This document shows, one piece after another, positions 1 through 12,612 of a stretch of 64,000 bases of DNA. Within the stretch, counting starts at the first letter, position 1. Each line of letters opens with the position of its first letter. The stretch is from Octopus vulgaris (lineage: Eukaryota): positions 70,866,001-70,930,000 of the forward strand of contig OX597831.1 in assembly GCA_951406725.2 (NCBI GenBank). Reading direction: 5' to 3'. The translations under genes and the position numbers were made by a program. The notes under the pieces are model-generated. The model had not been told where the DNA came from. It did no database searches and worked only from the letters and a program-made list of their open reading frames with translations.

Positions 1-39
1 CAAAGACAGACAGATGGATGGTAGACAGACATGACATGC

Positions 40-198
40 TTTTTTCAATCTCTGCCTACCAAGTCCTCTTTGCAATTCTTTGGTCAACCCAGAGCTATAG
101 TAGAAGACACTTGTCCGAGATTCCACACTGTTGGACTAAAGCCTAAGCCAATGTGGTTGGCAAACAAACTTCTTATCAAAGAGCCATGTCTGCACCTA
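40..198 (-). mobile_element. Degenerate 5' part of tRNA-derived SINE family A
   Basis: Reverse complement matches the head of the full copies at 8341 and 28881 (ggcaagtgtcttctactatagc motif). Confidence 0.8.
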
Positions 199-233
199 GT
201 TACAATTTATGAAATATGAATGAGGCTCATTCA

Positions 234-408
234 TGTTCTGTAAGACCAAACTCTCCCTAGAAAGGATGTCAACTTATGGTAAATAATGTTCCCAGGAAGG
301 TCTGGTTTTTATAATTCACAGCAGCATAAAATGACTTTAATGGAAATCAGGCATTGTTGTTTAGCCCCAGGTCAGTCTTAACTGAGTAAACCTATGTATG
401 ATCAAAAG
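234..408 (+). repeat. 175-bp direct duplication, copy 1 (copy 2 at 2489-2663)
   Basis: tgttctgtaagaccaaac...tatgatcaaaag recurs with two visible substitutions. Confidence 0.95.
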
Positions 409-636
409 TTGTGGTGGTTGTTGTTGGTGTTTTTTAATCACAGGCTTAACTTTTATTGCGAAGAACTATGATCAAATATAAAACATAACCTTATTGCTTT
501 ATATTGTTTATTTTCATGTTTCAGACTTGTGTATCGAGAAATCACATCATTCATGAATCTTTTTTTTAAAGATGCTATGGTTTAATTGGAAGAAAGTTTA
601 GCTGCTATTTTTAGCAGATCTAGTTATCACATACAT

Positions 637-866
637 ATTTCTATACTACCCACAAGGGGCTAAACACAGAGAGGACAAGCAAGGACAGACAAACAGATTA
701 AGTCGATTATATCGACCCCAGTGTGTAACTGGTACTTAATTTATCGACCCCGAAAGGATGAAAGGCAAAGTTGACCTCGGCAGAATTTGAACTCAGAACG
801 TAGCAGCAGATGAAATACCGCTAAGCATTTCGCCCGGTGTGCTAATGTTTCTGCCAGCTCACCGTC
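637..866 (-). mobile_element. tRNA-derived SINE family B
   Basis: Reverse complement of the copy at 8907-9140; central motif gcctttcatcctttcggggtcgataaattaagtaccag. Confidence 0.9.
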
Positions 867-1289
867 AAATTCACTTACATGTTCTCACTCATGACCCAGC
901 AATGTAATGCTAAATCTCCTGTAAAATTACTGCAATAAGTTAAGGTTAAGGACCCTCACACTTTATTTCAATTTTGTTTCCCTCCTGATTGTCAAAAATA
1001 GTTGCAGTTCAACCTTTAATTGCTTTATTAGTAATAGAAAGGCAAAGGTTCCTAACATAGCAAAACAAAATTAAGTGCTATTACATCAACATCCTACCCA
1101 TGCAATGAAGGAAAATATATGTAAAACTTTGCTGTTTATTTCTGTAGCTTGTTGAATCTCATGGCTCATTAATCTAATATTTTACCCATTGTTAGTTTCC
1201 ATTTTCAACACATTAGGTTTCACCACTTTCCACTTCAATTCTTGATTTCTTTTTAAATATATATTGTGTTTTTTTTCTTTCTAAAACTA

Positions 1290-1374
1290 ACAACACACAC
1301 ATACACATACACACATATTCATACACTCACATATATGAATACATGCATTTGCGCATAAAGACATGCATGCTTGC

Positions 1375-1405
<31 letters not shown>

Positions 1406-1745
1406 CATACATACATACATACATACATACATACATACATACATACATACATACATACATACATACATACATGCATACATACATACATACATACATACAC
1501 ATAAAATATATACATATGCTTATATACAAATATACATGCACACATACACATGCATGCACACACATAATGTTTGTATGTGTGTATGTGTGTATGTATGCAT
1601 GTATGTATGTATGTAGGACTGCATGTATACACACACACACATACACATATATATATATATATATATATATAATGCTTGCATGTATGTATGAAAGCATGTA
1701 TGACTGTATGTATGAATATGTATGTGTGTGTATATATATATATAT
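1290..1745. repeat. Compound (TACA)n/(CA)n/(TA)n microsatellite
   Basis: Direct reading; explains the YIHT/VCMY pseudo-ORFs. Confidence 0.95.
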
Positions 1746-2488
1746 GGAGTGTGGTTTTCCTATTATTTTCGTCTTCCTTGCTCCCATTATCAAACTGCTA
1801 TTGTATGTCTAAATTTTTTAAAGTTAAATTATTAGGAATAAAGGAATAAATGTGTTAATAGATTTAATGCATGAAGCAATAAACAAATTATGAAACATGA
1901 ATATGAGGGAATATAAAAGACCATTACTAGTAAATGATTGATGTTATTTGTATTATCTGGCAAATACAAGAGGCAAACCTGGATGTATTGTAACCGTCTT
2001 ATTCTGACCTCATCAGTGAAGCATAGAGCTCAGTGATGCTGGTAAACTTGTGAATGATGAATCACTAAGTAAATAGAAAGCATTGTGTATTTATCAGAAT
2101 AGGAAAATAAAATTCTTTGGAGATTAAATAATTCTGCTGCACCATTCACAGGAAAAACAACAGGTAAGCTACTGTAAATATATTTTATACCTGAAGGAAT
2201 GGACTTGAAATAGATATGCTGTGAGTGGGAAATAAATGATTTTAGGTAATAACTAAATATATTTAAGTATAGTTTAAAAACTTACTCTGCACTGGTGCTT
2301 ATTGAATTGAAAATAATGTTTGATAGAAACCATTAACTTTTCCATGGTTAACACACATACACACACATCCTAACAATGCAGCCATCTGCAGATCTGTAAT
2401 ATTCTACAATAAACAGCTGATTCTTATTGACCAAAAAAAAAAAGAAAAATATGGAAAGCCAACCAATGGCTAAATATGAGTTTAGTGT

Positions 2489-2663
2489 TGTTCTGTAAGA
2501 CCAAACTCTCCCTAGAAAGGATGTCAACTTATGGTAAATAATGTTCCCAGGAAGATCTGGTTTTTATAATTCATAGCAGCATAAAATGACTTTAATGGAA
2601 ATCAGGCATTGTTGTTTAGCCCCAGGTCAGTCTTAACTGAGTAAACCTATGTATGATCAAAAG
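2489..2663 (+). repeat. 175-bp direct duplication, copy 2
   Basis: Near-identical to 234-408. Confidence 0.95.
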
Positions 2664-4579
2664 CATTCTAGAAATGATCATTCCATAATGTATCTTGGAC
2701 AACGTTACTCAATGTAGCCGGTTTTTTTTTAAAATGGAAGGATGTGATTTAAGGAACATTTGGCTGACTGTTTTAGCATTTCAGACAACCATGTAGAAGT
2801 TTACTTCTTTGGCTCAAATGCATTCACTCAACCTTGAATTATAACAAAATGCTTCCTGCATGAGCTGATGTTGTGTGAGCTGCTAGTCCCATACTTACCT
2901 GTTGCGCATTTGTATTTTATACAGATAGGAATATTAGTGCTGAAGAAAGGGCATTGTTACATAGTGAAGTAAATGCTAACACACTTGATATAGTGAGTGT
3001 CCTAACTTTAACTGAGGCTATACCTGTATAGAGGAGAGGTAAACATTGTCAAACAGTGTTTAAATAAACCCAAAAAAATGGCAAGGGAAGCAACTCAAAA
3101 TCAGAAGGAGTAAAAACTTTTGAAATGAATCAACACAGCAAACTTCCAATGAATTACAACTGGAAATAAGAAATAGGTATTCTGGTGAATGAGCAAAATT
3201 CAATAGCGTGTCAATTTAAGAATGTTACAAGCAACAGCAAAAATAATTCAATACAACCTAATGAGAGAGAGCTTCGATGTAGTGACACCACTTGATCACC
3301 AATATAACTTCAATAAATTGTCTTCTGAAATTAAATTCCAGATCATGCCAACCAGCGACAAAGATATTAAGTAGTTGTACAACTTGCTTAATGTAACAAC
3401 AAAATCTCTTGCAATATTCTCTTCATTTCTTAGAAACCCAAGCCAAGAAAGTCAGTGAAGGTGCTTCCATGCGGTTTTAAAAGTTAACTAATTTAAACTA
3501 TAAACTCCTTTCTGTTTTTAAATTGTGCTTTAAAATACTAATCATAAATATGTCTTAAATCCTTAAACACGCTTCAAAACTAAAATCTTCGAACATTGTG
3601 TTCCGCAATTTTTACATACTGTTAATTCTAACAAAACACTTTCTTTGGTTAGCTACAAGTATGCTACAGGCCCATTGAATCAAGACTGACCAGCGCTATT
3701 CAATATTAGCAACAATGCATAAAAACAGGGCCCCAAATTACAATGTAGTAATGTTTCATCTTGCTGATTTCCAAGTCAATCAAGATGTAAATGCACCAAT
3801 GTATTAGTATACCAGCGTTCCTGTGTACTTGTGCTCTAAGAAACACCTATATCTCTGAAAGTACTATATCAATTTCATATTGCACAAATAACCAAAGTAT
3901 ATTAATTCCCTCATACTCTAATGTAGTGAAGTATTAATAAGGCATTATAAGCTCTTGGTGAGCAGCTTCTGCAGTACAGGTTCAATTCCCAGTAAATCTG
4001 TTATCATTTTTTTTTCATTATAACTTTACTCAGTGCCCTAGAAAAGATGAACCCTGCTAAGTTTACTTTCTCTTAACACATTACAAAGAGATATTTTCCA
4101 CTGGATTTCATGTAGTATTGCACAATCATAGTTATGTACCAAGTTCCAAACAACATTGCACTGATTGGAACTACTTAGTAATATAACTGCATTTCATTTG
4201 TGCAGAGTTCTAATTGAAGTAATTGTTTTAACACATTTCATAATACCATCATTGTTATTTCCAGTACCAAAGTACCAGCTTCAAATTGCTCTTGGGAAAT
4301 TTGTCTAGTGAAAAATAAAGTTTTAGATTGGAGACTAAAGAATTAATAATTAATAGTTCATTTGGTCTATTATATTGGTCTGTTATCTTGTTATTTGGTC
4401 TACATTGTCCACAAATATTTATATCCAGCACTCATTGGCTCAAGTATACTCATCTGTATGTAAGTACAAGGAGTATAACTGATAAATGCTTCTAAGTGAC
4501 TGCATGAAAATGAAACCATCAAGGATGTTCTAACTCTCCAATATGCTTTGGTGACTCACTTAATTTCCAATGATAATCA

Positions 4580-4982
4580 TTGGTAAGCATTCAAAGTTAC
4601 CCCAACCGCAGAACGGGGCGCCACTGCATGGTGCCAAAGATTCCAACATCACCATCAAAATACAAGTCCAAATACTGCAACAGCTTGGGTTTCAGAGGAC
4701 CACAGCTCTTTAACATCCTCCCTAAATGCCTGAGAGACTTACATGGTGTGGATGTGGGTTTCTTTAAAACTAAACTGGATCTCTTCTTGTCGGGTGTCCC
4801 AGATGAACCTACCTCTCGGCAGGAGACACAGATGCGGGCAGCGGCATCAAACTCCCTTGTTGATCAAGTGCCACGTATCAGAGGTGGATTCACATATTAG
4901 TGTAGCTCATTCAGCGGTGGTGCCCCAGCATGGCCGCGGCCTTCGGGCTAAAACATTTTTAAGGATTTAAGGATTTAAGGAT
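4580..4982 (+). mobile_element. 5'-truncated LINE 3' end, CR1/L2 group
   Basis: ORF2 C-terminus NSLGFRGPQLFNILPKCLRDL..FKTKLDLFLSGVPDEP..RAAASNSLVDQ; short 3' UTR ending in (TTTAAGGA)n. Confidence 0.8.
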
Positions 4983-4998
4983 AGTCTGTTACTTGAAA

Positions 4999-5208
4999 CC
5001 TTTAGCATTCAGATTACTCTGTGAAATGTAATATTTATTTATTCACTTTGTTTCTAATGGATACTGCATTATCTTGTAGATTTAAAAATTTCATGCTGTG
5101 ACTTTATTTTGAGAATGACATTGTAGGGGAGGTGTGAGAGGCTGGATCTTGACAGTTTGAACAGAATATTTGGGCTCGATATGACCAGTTTCAATGCTAA
5201 AGAGTTTA
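4999..5208 (+). mobile_element. Degenerate piggyBac-type MITE
   Basis: Homologous to 30337-30557; termini cctttagcatt...aatgctaaag. Confidence 0.7.
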
Positions 5209-5435
5209 AAAACATGTACTCTGTGAAGATAAACTGAACACTTTGCTTCAGCTTTGCCTTATCACTGACTACCAGGTAATTCAACTACTAGGTCATGGGT
5301 GGATACATTTCAAATAACAAAACTTTTACTTACACGATACTGATATTGCAGATAGGACTCAAGTTGTTGCTATGTACAATCAAAGCTTTTTTTTCAATTT
5401 CTCTTATTGAATAATTAGGAATGCTTTAAAAGTCA

Positions 5436-5912
5436 CATCATCTTCATCATCATCATCGTTTAACATCCGTTTTCCATGCTAGCATGGGTTGGATGGTTCG
5501 ATCAGGGTCTGGGAAGCCAGGAGGCTGCACCAGGCTCCAGTCTGATCTGGCAATGTTTCTACAGCTGGATGCCCTTCCTAACACCAACCACTCCGTGAGT
5601 GTAGTGGGTGCTTTTTACGTGCCACCGGCACAGGTGCCAGGGAGGCTGGTAATTGCCACGATTGGTTGGTAGCTTTTACGTGCCACAGACATGGAAGCCT
5701 GTCAAGGCAGTACTGGCATTGGCCACATACGAATGGTGCTTTTTACATGCCACCGGTACAGGTGCCAGAGGAGGCTGGCAACGGCCACGATCGGTTGGTG
5801 GATTTTACGTGCCACCGACACGGAAGCCAGTCAAGGCGGTGCTGGCATCAGCCATGTACGGATGGTGCTTTTTACGTGCCACTGGCACAGGTGCCAGGGT
5901 AGGCTGGCAACC
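5436..5912 (-). mobile_element. RTE LINE 3' UTR fragment with ~60-bp subrepeats
   Basis: (CAT)n tail, then sequence homologous to 47927-48400; repeated ttttacgtgccaccggcac units. Confidence 0.85.
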
Positions 5913-6261
5913 ATAATTAATATTTTCATAATCGTTCTCCTTATTGCCATCATATCTCAATCGTTACCAACTTCATTATCATTGTTCTCATTGTGTTGAT
6001 GTATGATGTAATGTGAGACATTTTATAATGATTGGTCTAGCCATGCCTTCAAGATCATTAGATCCTGGGTTCAGGTTCATTGCCTAATACTTTAAAGAAG
6101 TGTCTGTTACATGTTACAATAGCCTTGATTTTTTCCCCCAAGACTTGTGAGTGCACTTTGGTATACTGAAACTGTAAGAGCCTGTTGTGCTTGAATGCTT
6201 GTGTGTGTGTGCATGTGTGTATATAAATACACACACACACACATACACTCACACACACATC

Positions 6262-6304
<43 letters not shown>

Positions 6305-6782
6305 CTATGTATAAGTATGGAGGAAGCAGTGAAGGCATGATCAATGCAAACAAAAATAATGTGTGCTATTTGGTTCCAACCTAGTTACTTCCCTTTATGC
6401 TTAGGTGATTTTTTGCTTTTCCTTCCTTTCAAAAAGGTCAACAAAATGCTTAGATCTGAGACAATCAACAAAAACTGTCGATGATGCTTTAGCATGGCCA
6501 TTGACTGAAACCAGAAACAGAATAAAAGAATGAGGATATGTTTGATATTACTCCTTTGTGAAACGAATATAACACATTGTGTATTTCAAGCAACATACAC
6601 TAACTGCAAATATAGTGTTTCCAAATAGTAAACCGTATCTGGACACTTGGTATTTGATGTGATAACAAACACATCATCAGTACATCTAATGATGAAGTTT
6701 CTGATCCAAAAGCATTCACAACACAATTCAAAAATTGTCCAGCAACAAGGCTTTGTCTACACTTATTTGTTATTTAACTTAA

Positions 6783-7044
6783 TCATCTCTTGTGAAAGGT
6801 AGGAGAGTCCAGTTTGCTGGACATTGTTGTAGAGCTGAAAACGAGGCAATTTCTACTCTTCTCCTCTGGAAGCCATCTACTCGCAATACCAGAGGGCGCA
6901 CACTCTCCTACCCGGATGTAATCTCCAGGGATACAGGCATCGAGCAACAGGACCTCCTTAATGCCATGATGGACCGTGAAGTCTGGCGTAGCATGGTAAA
7001 TTCCATTGTCTCGACCATGGTCAAACAATGATGATGATGATGAT
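6783..7044 (+). mobile_element. 5'-truncated RTE-type LINE (second family), ORF C-terminus
   Basis: RRVQFAGHCCR..LLLWKP..AMMDREVWR; (TGA)n tail; flanking duplication ttaacttaat; same family as 15686-16078. Confidence 0.85.
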
Positions 7045-7461
7045 AATTAACTTAATTCCATTTTTATCTCTCCATCTATCTACCTAACTGCCTGCCTACC
7101 AATCATCCAACCAGCCAACCATCCACCCAGCCAGCCAGCAACCAACCAGCCAGCCAGCCAACCTGCTAGCTTGGATGTTGATTCATCCATCTATTTACAC
7201 ATCTTTCTTTCTAGCTCTTCATCTATCTGCTTAAACGCCTACTCTCTCTCTCTGTCACCTCACCTATCAATATATTGAATGATTAAAATCTAAACCAGCA
7301 TTTTGTCATACTATTCTGGCATAAATTTTTCTGATTTAATAATAGCAGATTCTCATACTGCTTTAGACCACAATTAACTACAAAAACACCATAGATTTCT
7401 TCCTATTTAATATAGTACACAGTTATTAGACCAGGAATGGAAGACTTGATCTTTCACTCAC

Positions 7462-7611
7462 TTTAACACCCTTGGGTGCATTTAGAGGTGTCTGCTTTGT
7501 TGCACGCATTCAAATGAAATCCCCGGTAGGAAGATATTTCTGTATCTTGGTGTGTTGCTCCCAACAACAGCAACCATTAGTCACAGTGCTCTGCTTCCTC
7601 CTCTGTTTTAG
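7462..7611 (-). pseudogene. Candidate 150-bp exon with strong splice sites but a stop in each frame
   Basis: Acceptor ttttttctgtgtatccttatag, donor AAA/gtgagt; best frame LKQRRK..GDFI*MRATK..GVK. Confidence 0.35.
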
Positions 7612-8340
7612 CTATAAGGATACACAGAAAAAAATAATACAATATTGTAATATAATTCAAAGAGTATATAATAGATTATTTTCAGGCCTCCAAATTACAT
7701 TTTGTTATTTATTTTCAACTCAATCAAAATATATGGAAAGCCATAGTGAGCCCTTTTAGCCAGGTATTCAGAGCATATAAACACTGTTTCAGAAACTCTG
7801 ACAGGGTAACTGTATATAATAGTGATTTGATATCAGGTATTAAACTAGTTATTATCAGTGACCCACAGGAGAGCAGTGTAATGTGAATCTCAGAGAATCT
7901 AAAAGTAGCATTTGGAAGAAATTTGGCTTATTTCACTTGGCACTCAGACTTACAAAAAAAAATATTATTTCTCTGTTGACTGTCTCTATGGCATGTTCTT
8001 AATAACAATCAAGATTTTGGCAGACTGCTTCAAACATTAAGTGATCAATCATGTGTGGGTTAAGTGATCAATAGCTTATTTAAACCATTTCTCTGCCTCT
8101 CATTATAAATAGCATGGTTCATTTAATGCACATAAAGACACATTTACACATATGAGTGTGCATGCAGACAAACATACACACATGCACATCAGCCCACACA
8201 CATTAATAAGTTTAATGCACATTTGAAATATTTTTACCTGAGGTATTTGGTAAGTGCGGTTACTTACTGCTAGAAAGTTTTGAGACTGTTCTAGAACTAA
8301 TGAATGATTTAAGTTCTTATATATTATATTTCTGACCATA

Positions 8341-8755
8341 TAGGCGTAGGAGTGGCTGTGTGGTAAGTAGCTTGCTTACCAACCACATGGTTCCGGGTTC
8401 AGTCCCACTGCATGGTACCTCGGGCAAGTGTCTTCTACTATAGCCTCGGGCCAACCAAAGCCTTGTGAGTGGATTTGGTAGACGGAAACTGAAAGAAGCC
8501 TGTCGTATATATGTATATATATATGTATGTGTGTGTATGTTTGTGTGTCTGTGCTTGTTCCCCCAACATCACTTGACAACCGATGCTGGTGTGTTTCCAT
8601 CCCCATAACTTAGCAGTTCGGCAAAAGAAACCAATAGAATAAGTCCTGGGCTTGATTACAAAGAATAAGTCCTGAGGCTGATTTGCTTGACTAAAGGCGG
8701 TGCTCCAGCATGGCCACAGTCAAATGACTGAAACAAGTAAAAGAGTAAAAGAGTA
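8341..8755 (+). mobile_element. Full-length tRNA-derived SINE family A
   Basis: A-box tggctgtgtggtaag, B-box ggttcagtccc, internal (TA/TG)n, LINE-like tail ggtgctccagcatggcc..., (AGTAAAAG)n end. Confidence 0.9.
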
Positions 8756-8906
8756 TGTATTTTGGGGCTCAGTACCACAACATATCTTGGGCTGATCCTT
8801 TCTACAATAATCTTGTGAGTAAAATTCTTAAACATAAGCTATACAGGAGTCTGTTTTGTGCATGTTTGTTGTGAAGGTTTGTAGCTTAGTGGTTAGCACC
8901 AACACA

Positions 8907-9140
8907 GAAGGCGGTGAGCTGGCAGAATCGTTAGCACGTCGGGCGAAATGCTTTGCGGTATTTCGGCTGCCGTTACGTTGTGAGTTCAAATTCTGCCGAG
9001 GTCGACTTTGCCTTTCATCCTTTCAGGGTCGATAAATTAAGTACCAGTTACGCACTGGGGTCGATGTAATCGACTTAATCCGTTTGTCTGTCCTTGCTTG
9101 TCCTCTCTGTGTTTAGCCCCTTGTGGGTAGTAAAGAAATA
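8907..9140 (+). mobile_element. Full-length SINE family B with 16-bp target-site duplication (TSD)
   Basis: TSD ggttagcaccaacaca at 8891-8906 and 9141-9156; B-box gagttcaaattc; inserted into an older SINE head. Confidence 0.92.
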
Positions 9141-10311
9141 GGTTAGCACCAACACATGATCGTAAGGCCATGAGTTGAAAAACTGGTGGCACATTGAGTC
9201 CTTAAGCAAGACACTTTATTTCACAGTGTTCTAATCCACACAGCTGGCTAAACTGAGTAGTACCTGTATTTCCTCTGCTTATACCTGTCTTTATATTGGC
9301 ATCAAGTGAAAAATGACGCTGTATGTTTATATCTTATAACTTAGCATTGCAACAAATAGAGAGTGATAACATAAGCGTCAGACTTATAAATAAGTGCCAA
9401 TGTCAATATATACAATTGACTAATTAATTGCATAGCAATTAACAGGTACATACCAGTTACCAGGATTGTGTTTAATATGTTAGTTGATCTATCCAATTGT
9501 GTTACATTGCTAAACTCAGAGGGTGTTTAAGCAGTGTGTTTGTGGATGGTTGATGCTTTGGATGTGATGCTGATGAAAAGGCAATTACTCTCGAAATATG
9601 CAGATACACCCATCACCTGCCCTTTCTATTTTCAAGCATACTGTTTATGTATATGTATTCATTTACAAAACATTGTAACTTGTAGTGCTGTCTCTGCAGG
9701 AAATCTATAGAGATAAACTTAAAAGATAGTCAACTAAAAAGTGTATGAAGTGCCCTTGAATGGTCATATTTTAATGACTCAAGCACAGTAAAGGATGAAA
9801 AAATAAGCACCCACAGAGGTGCTAGTCAGGTTGGATATCAACCTGACCAGTACCTCTTTTCAGCTAGGTAGGTTGAGTTAAATGAATTGACAATAGACTC
9901 TAACTACTCAGAGCTAGTGACAGAATATAATTCCATAGAAACTCTTATGTAATGGCCAGGACACTGAATGCTATAGTCCAGCAAAATAAAGGGGATTCTG
10001 ATTTCTGTTGATATCTAATTCAATAAAACTTCTAAATATAAGGCACTCTTCTAGGTTTTCAGTTTATTTGCAGTTCACCAAATTCTCATATAACATCCAG
10101 ACTATTTTGAAAATCCCCAACAGACTCAGATTAATTGGATATTTCACTGTCCACTTGTCATGCACAATATACCACTGCTTCATTCTTTCCTATGTATCTT
10201 TGATATCAGTTTCAACAAAGTCTTAAATATCCACCATCTACATTCTAATTAACTATATTGCAACTTGCATCACGTCTATATCCATATTTAGCTTATATAT
10301 GGATACATGAT

Positions 10312-10343
<32 letters not shown>

Positions 10344-10496
10344 AAATAATGATGATGCTGATAATGTGACTGTATGTATATATCTATGTATATGTATTTG
10401 TATATGTATGCGTGTATGTATATGTAGTATATGTATTTATATATGTATATGTATGTACATGTATATGTATGAGTATATATGTATATAGGTATATAC

Positions 10497-10533
<37 letters not shown>

Positions 10534-10595
10534 TATTTGTATGTGCATACATATATGTATTTCTATATATATGTGTGTGTGTATGTAGATCTATG

Positions 10596-10628
<33 letters not shown>

Positions 10629-10629
10629 A

Positions 10630-11619
10630 TCATCATCATTATCATCATCATCATTTAGCATCTGCTTTCCATGCTGGCATGGGTTAGACGGTTTGATTGA
10701 AATTGGTAAGCTGGAGAGTTGCACCAGAATCCAATCTGGTTTGGTATGGTTTCCTTTCCCCTTGTAGCAGTTGACTATGGTGCTGCTACACCAGTCGTTG
10801 GGTATGACTCCTTCATGAACCACCTGATTTACAATGTGGGTGACAAGACCATAACTCACACTGCCTGATATTTTAAGCATCCCAGTAGTGATTCCTGATG
10901 GGCCAGGTGCTTTCCCTACCTTCATATCCTTAATTGTTTTATCTACCTGGGTACTGTCAATTCAGAAAGCTGGTCCCTCAGTTGGGTCAACCTTTGGCAG
11001 ACTCTCCTCCTCCCATTCATTCTCCACATTCAGCAGTCTTTTATAAAGGCTCCTCCAAACCTTTTTCTTTGCAGAATCATTAAACGCAAGGGCACCATAA
11101 TCCATGCAGACACATTTCTTTCCCATAACATCATGGGTTTCTCTCACACACTGTCTTGCAATCTGAAATACTTCAGTTCTTTGGTCCTCACTTCGCTGAA
11201 CATTGGCAAACTTCTTTTCTGCTACTCCCTTGGCTATATACACCTATCTCTTAGCTTCCCTTTTGGTTATCTGATACATTCTCCAGCTACCCCCACTCTT
11301 CCAGGCATTCCAAGCCTGTTTCTTTGCTCTATTGGCCCTGTCTACAGTATTGTTCCACCACCATGTTACCCTAGGTCTGGAAGGGACTTTGCACCAGCCA
11401 CAAATTTGGTTTATGGCACTCAGCAATCTGTCTCGCAGGAATTCCCAGCTGCCTTTTATGTCACAGGACTGTAGCTCCTCCCCCCTATCATCAAATTTCT
11501 CAGTAAGGATATCCCTAAATCTCTGACGACCATGTGAAGGGTTCCTAAGCTTCCAAGTCCTTCTTTTCCAGATTGGTCTGGTTTTTGGCATCCTTCAGGC
11601 CTCGAATCTAAAGTCACTA
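10630..11619 (-). mobile_element. Internally deleted, frameshifted RTE-type LINE
   Basis: TWWWN linker and MKVGKAPGPSG..IPNDW..VNCYKGKG (RT start) joined directly to the 3' UTR and (GAT)n tail. Confidence 0.85.
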
Positions 11620-11912
<293 letters not shown>

Positions 11913-12560
11913 AGCATCATTTTAAACCCATTTTACTGTTCAAGTCACTTCCTATTCACAGTTCCTATTCTCCTGTTCTCTTAGTTAAGTTGGACAACTA
12001 TTTCTCATACATTTTTCAATTTTCAATGTCTCGATAACTTACCTTCTACCAACAACTTTACGAGGGGGACGTATGCATTTATCAATGCACCTGCTTTTGA
12101 TAGGCCGTCCTATTCTCAGCAAGTTTCAATTATCCTTTTGACTCTGCATTTTTCTCATAAATAACGACTTAACACCTTATGTGGATTGTATCATCTAAGT
12201 AACATGATTTTAATTATACCTTCCCTAACAGATAGTTGTACTTGTACCTCATTAATTTTATATATTTTTTTATTCATAGTAACACTCTCTTTTTATTTGT
12301 TTCAGTCATTACTAATTAGAGTGGTGGTCATTATGTTCACATGTGCCTGTGTATATTAGTTGAAAAGGATCCTTGTTTATTGTTGTACTTGGGGATGGTC
12401 ATATTTTGCCAATTAAACACATCCTGTTACCTCTTCAGTGACACTCTATCCCATGTGTCTCCTCTTGTTCTTCTAAAGCGGATTAAGCAGAACAGGTGGG
12501 ATAAAGAGTCCTTGAGGAGGTAACAGGATGTGTAACAAAAGTGCTCTGACAAAGGAACTA

Positions 12561-12561
12561 A

Positions 12562-12611
<50 letters not shown>
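12561..12611. repeat. (AAT)n microsatellite
   Basis: Direct reading. Confidence 0.95.

Positions 12612-12612
<1 letters not shown>

Noticed and set aside
1287-1812. Long ORFs of YIHT/VCMY/poly-H/poly-S type here and at 11.6, 28.6, 37.6, 46.8 and 58.4-59.6 kb
   Set aside because: Translations of microsatellites that lack stop codons.
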